A DNA stretch of 63,966 bases, filler included. It is 8 parts of 8 records of this genome, joined end to end, with 100 filler letters (N's around TTAATTAATTAA, not from the genome) between each part and the next. Parts side by side here need not be neighbours in the genome. Positions count along the whole stretch, not along the records: positions 54,550 to 60,370 come from SRR20825010_1419; positions 60,471 to 63,966 come from SRR20825010_1515; 6 more parts are not named here. One strand, written 5' to 3'. This document shows, piece by piece, positions 58,277 to 63,966 of the stretch (the first letter of the stretch is position 1; each line of letters opens with the position of its first letter). The position numbers and the translations under genes are program-made. The notes under the pieces were generated by a model. The model did no database searches, was not told where the DNA came from, and saw only the letters and a list, made by a program, of their open reading frames with translations.

Positions 58277-59356
58277 TTACGGGTCGGGCTGTTTTGCCTC
58301 GCGTTTGAAGGGGTTTTCCTCTGGCACGTCATAGTCAGGCACCAATTCCCCCTTGTCGCGCGCATCGGCCATATAACGAAAAGCTCCCACTGACATGCGC
58401 ATCAGGTGATCCCCTGCTTTCATTGCGGGGTATTTGGCCACCGTTTCGGGTGTGCGGAACTTCTCTAGCGGCTCTACCACCGCATGATAGTCCAGACCAA
58501 AGAAGAGCGGGAAGGAATATCGCTCGGTCCCTAGGTTCACGACCCGGTGCTGGGTCGATTTGAACTGGCCGCCGGACCACGTCTCAAAGATGTCGCCGAT
58601 GTTGACCACAAAACAGCCTGGAATTGGCGGTGCCTCGATCCAGATGTCATCGGCGTTCATCACCTGCAACCCCGGCGCGCCGGTCATCAAGATGGTAAAA
58701 CACTCAAAATCCGAATGCGCCGCGATGCCAACCAGTTCTTTGGTGGCGGGCATGTCGTTGGGGATGTAGCGCAGCAGGCGCAACTGTGAGGTGGGAAAGG
58801 TGATGTGACGGGTCAGCTCTTCGGGGTCGACGCCAAGTTCCAGTGCCAGTGCATCCAAGAGCCGCAGGCCAAGGTCAAAAGCCTGATCGTAATAACCGCC
58901 AACGGTCTCTTTCCATCCCGGGATGTCGGGCCAGATGTTGGGGCCGGTCATGCGCCACTTGGCCAGATAGTCGGGATGATCGGCGGGCGCTTCATAGGAC
59001 ATGTCCCAGGCTTCGTTGAAATTGATCGACTTGGGGAAGTCGGCGCCGTTTTCCTCAAACGGGACATAGCCGCGATGATGGGTGGTGAACCCGGACCAAT
59101 ACTTCATCTTGAAGCTGCGAGACTTCTCGTGGAACTCCTTGGACGCGGCAAAGACCGCGTCGATGAGATCCTGCGAAATGCCGTGCCCGGTGATGTAGAA
59201 AAAGCCAGAGGTGCGCGCGGCGTCACCCAGATCTGCGGCGACGCGCGCCTTGTCCGCCATGTCCCCGGTAAAGAGGCCAGACAGATCCACCACCGGCAGG
59301 GTGGCGTCCTCTACCGTCAGGGCCTTTTGATCGTCCGATATAGATGCGCGTGCCAT
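58277..59356 (-). CDS. Isopenicillin-N-synthase-like 2OG-Fe(II) dioxygenase
   Basis: LPVVDL, GFFYITGHG, HSD...H facial triad, VNIGD and RYS. Confidence 0.92.
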   Translation of the reverse strand: MARASISDDQKALTVEDATLPVVDLSGLFTGDMADKARVAADLGDAARTSGFFYITGHGISQDLIDAVFAASKEFHEKSRSFKMKYWSGFTTHHRGYVPFEENGADFPKSINFNEAWDMSYEAPADHPDYLAKWRMTGPNIWPDIPGWKETVGGYYDQAFDLGLRLLDALALELGVDPEELTRHITFPTSQLRLLRYIPNDMPATKELVGIAAHSDFECFTILMTGAPGLQVMNADDIWIEAPPIPGCFVVNIGDIFETWSGGQFKSTQHRVVNLGTERYSFPLFFGLDYHAVVEPLEKFRTPETVAKYPAMKAGDHLMRMSVGAFRYMADARDKGELVPDYDVPEENPFKREAKQPDP

Positions 59357-59611
59357 GAAACCTCTCCGAGTCGATTGCGTAGGGTTAGGCTGGCCCGAAA
59401 AACCCACAGCGGTGTCCGGCGCGATTAAGAAAGCGCATCAGTCCGGCGCGATTGCCCAAAAAAGGATCAGTTTCGCGGGCGGTTGGTCCCTTTGCAGTCA
59501 GTTCCTTTGACCGATTATCCTTATCAGCGCGTTCATGGGGTCATCACCGGGCACCGCCACCAGGCTCTGCACCAGGTCCGCGGACAGCTGCGAACGAAGG
59601 AAGAAACCATC

Positions 59612-60370
59612 ATGACCAAACTCAACAGACGGACCCTGCTCAAGACCGGCGCGGCCAGCTTTGCCGCCTCCAGCGTTCTGGGCACGCCATTGATCGCGCA
59701 AAGCCGCAGCCTGAAGGTCGGCTCATACGGCGGGTACTTTGAAAACAGCTTTAAGGAGTTTGTCTATCCTGCCTTCACCGAGGCAACCGGGATTGAGGTC
59801 GAGTCGGTGACGCAGCCCAATTCGACCGACTGGTTGGTGACGATGCAGCAGGCGACGGCGGCGGGCAGCGTGCCTGCGGATCTGTCGCTCTATGCGCGCG
59901 ATACGCTGATCAAGGCCAGCCGCATCGGCGGATTGCTCAAACCCCTGAACCTCAAGGCGATCCCGGCGGCCTCCAACCTCGACCCCTATTTCGTGTTCGA
60001 GGCAATGGAAGGTCCGCTAGGCGTCGGAGCAATGTCGTGGTTCTCCGCCATGGTTATCAACCCGAATGAGGTCGACGCCCCGGCAAGCTGGGCAGAGTTT
60101 TGGGACAGTACCATCTACGAGTCCTCTCTGGGTCTGTCGCGCAACTACAATTCGCAGTTCCTCGACATTGTTGCGGCGACCTTCTTTGACGGCGAGGCGA
60201 CCTTTGCGACCGAAGAAGGCATTCTGGCGATCATCGAAAAGGCGGCAGAGATCAAACCCAACGTGGCGCTTTGGTGGTCAGCTGAAAGCCAGATGGAACA
60301 GTCGATGAAGAACGGCGATGTCATCGGCGGGCAATACTATCTCGACGTGGCCAATCTGATGGCGCTGGAC
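59612..60370 (+). CDS. Tat-exported ABC substrate-binding protein (PotD/PotF-like), partial
   Basis: NRRTLLK signal, YGGYF, PAFTEATGIEV and PASWAEFWD. Confidence 0.87.
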
Positions 60371-60470
60371 NNNNNNNNNNNNNNNNNNNNNNNNNNNNNN
60401 NNNNNNNNNNNNNNTTAATTAATTAANNNNNNNNNNNNNNNNNNNNNNNNNNNNNNNNNNNNNNNNNNNN
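60371..60470. other. Artificial contig linker
   Basis: 44 N + TTAATTAATTAA + 44 N. Confidence 0.99.
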
Positions 60471-60481
60471 GTGTCAGGCAA

Positions 60482-61288
60482 TCACACGTAAAATGGTGAT
60501 GCCATATCAAGGCTGGCGGCTTCGGTCACCGTGGCATCAAAGACGCGGGTATAGAAGGCCGCGTTAAGCGCCTTTGCCTCGCCCGGGAAGTAATCAAGGG
60601 CAAACCGCGTGGCATTTTCAATCGTGTCAAAGGCATAAAAACCGCCCGGTGTTCCGGTATGAAGGCCACTGAGCCAGGTTTTCGACAGCAAACCCGGTTG
60701 CTGTTTCAAAACCGGGTTAAAATCACGCCACGGGCCATTATCAAACGGCAAAACATGAAGCTGGACCTCGGTATAGACATAGGCCCCCGGTTTTGCTTTC
60801 GGGGTCGCACCGTAATGCACCGAATTCATATCGATACTGGCTTCTTGTGTCGCAACCGCATCAAACACGCGGGTGGTCTGGGCAACGCCGAAATTGCGGG
60901 CTTCGGACGGGAAATATCCCGTTACGAATGCTTGCGCATTTTCAACCGTGTCAAAGGCATAAATACCGCCGGCCGAATTGTTGCCGACACCCGAAAGCCA
61001 GGTTTTATTAAGGAACCCGGGCTGCTTTTTGATCGTGTCATTGATCGCCTGCCAGGGAACTTGGTCGAACGGGGCGGAAATTTGCAGTTCGGTATAGACA
61101 AAAGCTTTCTGTGACATGGGGGAGGTTCCTGTTTGTGATGCGGATGCGTGGTTCAAAATCGATGGTGCGACCAAAGCAGATCCGGCCAGTGCGATACCTG
61201 TGCTGGCGCGTTTCAAAAATGTCCGTCGGTCCGGATGGCCGCAGGTGGCGGCGGGCAGGGTTTGGTTTTGGTTGGGATCGAGTGTCAT
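60482..61288 (-). CDS. Tandem double YdhR-like (dimeric alpha-beta barrel, putative monooxygenase) protein with a Tat signal
   Basis: DRRTFLK...ASA signal followed by two copies of YTE.Q...PG...KTWLSG....GG.YAFDT.ENA..F...TRVFDA. Confidence 0.8.
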   Translation of the reverse strand: MTLDPNQNQTLPAATCGHPDRRTFLKRASTGIALAGSALVAPSILNHASASQTGTSPMSQKAFVYTELQISAPFDQVPWQAINDTIKKQPGFLNKTWLSGVGNNSAGGIYAFDTVENAQAFVTGYFPSEARNFGVAQTTRVFDAVATQEASIDMNSVHYGATPKAKPGAYVYTEVQLHVLPFDNGPWRDFNPVLKQQPGLLSKTWLSGLHTGTPGGFYAFDTIENATRFALDYFPGEAKALNAAFYTRVFDATVTEAASLDMASPFYV

Positions 61289-61305
61289 GTGTGTGGTCCA
61301 AGAAG

Positions 61306-61388
61306 TTAAAAATATAACGTACGTTATATAAATGAATGATCGACAATCGGTGTCCTGTCAATTAAAAATATAACGGTCGATATATTTT
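61306..61388. promoter_or_regulatory. Twin TetR operators between divergent genes
   Basis: Perfect palindrome ATATAACGTACGTTATAT (61312-61329) and the related ATATAACGGTCGATATAT (61368-61385); both begin within the same TTAAAAATATAACG 14-mer. Confidence 0.85.
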
Positions 61389-61397
61389 GAGGATCCG

Positions 61398-61976
61398 ATG
61401 GTCAAAAACCAGACGCGCAAAGAAGAAACCCGCCGGAACATTCTTGATGCTGCAAGCCGTGGTTTCCGGGCAAACGGCTTTGCCGGTGTCGGGGTAGACG
61501 GGATTGCCAAGGCGGCAAATGCAACATCCGGCGCGTTCTATGCCCATTTCGGGTCAAAGGACGGTGCGTTTCGGGCTGCCCTTGATCTTGGCTTGGATGA
61601 AGTCATTGATGGCGTGCCGCGTTTTCAGCGCGATTATGGCGATGGCTGGACCGATGCCTTTATCGACTATTATCTGGGCCGTGCCCATCGCGATGATGTC
61701 GCGTGCGGCTGTGCCATGACCAGCCTGTCACCGGAAATTGCCCGCGCCGATGATGAAACGCGCGCTTTATATGATCGGAAAATGCAAACAATCGCATCCC
61801 TGATTGCCAAGGGGTTAAGCCAGTTCCCGAAGGATCAGCAACTTGCCAAGGCATGGGCATTCTTGGGGATATTGATTGGCGGGCTTACGATGGCACGCGC
61901 CATGCAGCACGATGACGCGGTGGATGGCGTATCAAACGCGATCAAAACGTCGGCGGCGGATTTGCTTAAGGCTTAA
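61398..61976 (+). CDS. TetR/AcrR-family regulator
   Basis: ILDAASRGFR..G....GVDGIAKAA..TSGAFYAHFGSKD; YLGRAHRD...GC. Confidence 0.93.
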   Translation: MVKNQTRKEETRRNILDAASRGFRANGFAGVGVDGIAKAANATSGAFYAHFGSKDGAFRAALDLGLDEVIDGVPRFQRDYGDGWTDAFIDYYLGRAHRDDVACGCAMTSLSPEIARADDETRALYDRKMQTIASLIAKGLSQFPKDQQLAKAWAFLGILIGGLTMARAMQHDDAVDGVSNAIKTSAADLLKA

Positions 61977-62094
61977 GGGCTGCCGATTGGATGAGATGAT
62001 CAAAGACACGTTCACGATATGCATATAACGGTTGAACGTTCGGGAAGTTCAGACCCAGAAATTATGCCGGGTGGGTGTGAATCTGACGTACTCG

Positions 62095-62126
62095 AAAACA
62101 AAAACGGCGCCCATTTGGACGCCGTT
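62095..62126 (-). terminator. Terminator after the outer-membrane protein gene
   Basis: Minus strand reads AACGGCGTCCA-AA-TGGGCGCCGTT followed by TTTGTTTT. Confidence 0.75.
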
Positions 62127-62153
62127 CCGATTTGATTATCCGTCGTCAAATCA

Positions 62154-62921
62154 TCAGAAACGCTTGATCAGTGCAAAGCGGATATTGTGTGACATGAAAT
62201 CAGCGTCATAGTCGAAATCCGGATTGCTTCCGGCGTTAAGATACCCAGAGCCATCTACAATGCCTGGATAATAGCTGAACAGATAGTCGCCGCGCAGGAC
62301 CCAACTGTCATCAAGCTGATATCCCGCACCAATGCTGGACGACAGGCCGAATACGGTCTTTGTGTCGTTGAATGACAGGCTTTCTGCATTGTCACGGAAC
62401 TTATGGGTTGTTTTAAACCGGCTTATGGACGGCCCAAAAGACGCATGGAACAGATAGTTATCAACTGCATATCCAATCTTCGGACGCAGGCTAAATGAAA
62501 AGTCGCTTTCAACTTTCAATTCGCTGTTAAACGGATTGTTGTTGGTGTTGTAAATGCCGCTGATTGCTTCCGTCTCGGAAAAGGACATGAAGCTTAAGTC
62601 GCCTTCAAACCCGTAAACGATATTGCCCGATTGGAAGTCGTAACCAAAAAGGGCGGCAGCGGTGAAATCCAGATCTTCAATATCTTGATTCAGGAGCGAG
62701 TTAAGCTGACCTGGATCGCTGCCAGTATTATCATCCACGAAATAATCGTTTACCAGCGCACGAGAATCAGGCATCGCAGCACTATATGCGCCACCAAGTG
62801 CAATCCCGCCATACATTCCCTGCCATTTTTCAGTTTCATCGGCGAAAGCAACAGCTGTGAAAGATGTGCTGCTGATAGCAGCCGTGAAAATGGTGGTGAG
62901 TATCGCTGTAGAACTACGCAC
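62154..62921 (-). CDS. Outer-membrane beta-barrel protein (Omp25/RopB-like)
   Basis: Signal peptide, WQGMYGG, GYDFQSGNIVYGFEGD, LRPKIGYA and a terminal F. GTG start behind an AGGAGG RBS. Confidence 0.85.
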   Translation of the reverse strand: MRSSTAILTTIFTAAISSTSFTAVAFADETEKWQGMYGGIALGGAYSAAMPDSRALVNDYFVDDNTGSDPGQLNSLLNQDIEDLDFTAAALFGYDFQSGNIVYGFEGDLSFMSFSETEAISGIYNTNNNPFNSELKVESDFSFSLRPKIGYAVDNYLFHASFGPSISRFKTTHKFRDNAESLSFNDTKTVFGLSSSIGAGYQLDDSWVLRGDYLFSYYPGIVDGSGYLNAGSNPDFDYDADFMSHNIRFALIKRF

Positions 62922-62972
62922 TTACATTCCTCCTGAATTGGCGTTTTAGCTGGCTTCGACGCAGCGAAGTAT

Positions 62973-63000
62973 CTGATGTATAAGTATACTTATACATCAG
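62973..63000. repeat. Perfect 28-bp palindrome CTGATGTATAAGTATACTTATACATCAG
   Basis: 14-bp arms with no loop, checked base by base; 51 nt upstream of the OMP start. Confidence 0.95.
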
Positions 63001-63091
63001 TAGTGATCAAAGCAAGTCAGTAGTTGAGAAGTTATCAGGGGAAAACTGCGCAGAAGTGCAGAAGATATGATTCACCGAGGGAGGGGGCGGG

Positions 63092-63763
63092 TTACGTCTC
63101 GATTGCGGGTTCCTGAAGCTGCAATTCGCGGGCAATGATCACGGCCTGTGTGCGGCTATGGACCGACAATTTGCGCAGGATGGCCGATACATGGGCCTTG
63201 ACCGTGGCTTCGGTGACATCAAGCTCATAGGCAATCTGCTTGTTCAACTTGCCTTCGGTCAGCATGTTCAAAACACGAAGCTGCTGCGGGGTAAGCTGGC
63301 CGATTTTTTCCGCCAATCCGGTGGCAACATCATCGGCCGGACCATGTTCCATGGCTTCGCGCGCCCAATCAGGCATCCACATGCCCCCATCCAGAACGGT
63401 TTTAACTGCAAGCCCGATCTGATCGACGGGTGCTGATTTTGGCACGAACGCCGATGCGCCATATTCAATCGACCGGCGGACAACCGGCATTTCCTGACTG
63501 GCCGATACAATCGATACCGGAAGGTCGGGATAAGACGCACGCAGGGTAAATAACCCGGTAAAACCGTTCATGCCCGGCATATGCAGATCAAGCAGGACAA
63601 GGTCAATTTCGCCTTTATGGGCTTCAATCTGTTCGACGGCTTCGAACAGGCTTCCGGCCTCATAGACTGTCACGTTATCCAGTTCTGTAGATAATGCCTG
63701 CTTAAGTGCGCCACGAACAAGTGGATGGTCATCAGCGATCAGAATCTGGAACGTTTCGGACAT
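63092..63763 (-). CDS. NarL/LuxR-family response regulator
   Basis: IADDHPL, LLDLHMPG and LTPQQ...NKQIAYEL...TVKAHVSAILRKL. Confidence 0.95.
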   Translation of the reverse strand: MSETFQILIADDHPLVRGALKQALSTELDNVTVYEAGSLFEAVEQIEAHKGEIDLVLLDLHMPGMNGFTGLFTLRASYPDLPVSIVSASQEMPVVRRSIEYGASAFVPKSAPVDQIGLAVKTVLDGGMWMPDWAREAMEHGPADDVATGLAEKIGQLTPQQLRVLNMLTEGKLNKQIAYELDVTEATVKAHVSAILRKLSVHSRTQAVIIARELQLQEPAIET

Positions 63764-63966
63764 TGGCGATTTCCCCCTGGAAGTTATGTCCCTGACAGGT
63801 CGCGATTATTCTATCCCGATCAATCGGAACTCACAAATTTTTAAGGTGAGAAATGTTGGGATAATTTGTTTTATCTCGGATGCGACCCGAATTGCGTCCG
63901 ACTGCACAGTGCTATATTTGTTTTGGAAACTGGCAGAAGGAGTGAGGGAAACCAAAGATCACTCTC

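Noticed and set aside
62008-62039. Imperfect inverted repeat containing ATATAACGGT, a possible third TetR half-site
   Set aside because: Lies between convergent gene ends and matches only one half-site.
62922-62934. ATG-TAA mini-ORF between the AGGAGG RBS and the OMP GTG start
   Set aside because: The ATG is only 1 nt from the RBS, too close for initiation; the GTG has the usual spacing.
1-63966. CRISPR arrays, tRNAs, IS/transposases, prophage or defence genes
   Set aside because: I saw no regularly spaced repeats, tRNA cloverleaf signatures or matching protein motifs by eye; tRNAscan-SE, Infernal and DefenseFinder would settle it.

Overview
This window is not one genomic locus. It consists of eight unrelated contig fragments joined by seven identical 100-nt linkers (44 N + TTAATTAATTAA + 44 N), so gene neighbourhood only means something within a fragment. 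Taxonomic guesses are inferred from gene content and style. (1) 1-5509, Gammaproteobacterium: hybrid sensor kinase, MMPL/RND exporter, LiuR-type MerR regulator with its operator, isovaleryl-CoA dehydrogenase. (2) 5610-13906, Marinobacter-like: rpsI tail, petABC, sspAB, diaA/gmhA, yraN, lpoA, rsmI, rnpB. (3) 14007-23701, Rhodobacteraceae-like: glutaminase, GntR, TIM-barrel isomerase and a phenylacetate (paa) cluster. (4) 23802-36279, Alcanivorax-like: hemL-thiE-thiD-hemJ, ClC, argC, bactofilin, erpA, PAP2, anmK, M23 peptidase, tyrS and an rRNA promoter. (5) 36380-47240, Bacteroidota, the most interesting fragment. It holds an uncharacterised four-gene cluster: a PEP-synthase-type ATP-grasp protein, two exported class-A-beta-lactamase-fold serine hydrolases and an NTT-like nucleotide transporter fused to HEAT repeats. 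Next to it is an iron regulon with three copies of a TTATTTAGAA-N3-TTCTAAATAA box, covering a LuxR regulator, feoAB, ferritin and an unannotated 50-aa protein carrying an exact FhuF-type CC-x10-C-x2-C motif. (6) 47341-54449, Alphaproteobacterium: rfbC-B-D, GST, ettA tail, two orphan lipoproteins. (7) 54550-60370, Rhodobacteraceae-like: RpiR, acyltransferase, cytosine-deaminase-like enzyme, 2OG-Fe(II) oxygenase, ABC binding protein. (8) 60471-63966, Thalassospira-like: Tat-signal double-YdhR protein with a divergent TetR and twin operators, an outer-membrane beta-barrel behind a perfect 28-bp palindrome, and a LuxR response regulator. I saw no CRISPR array, transposase or tRNA.
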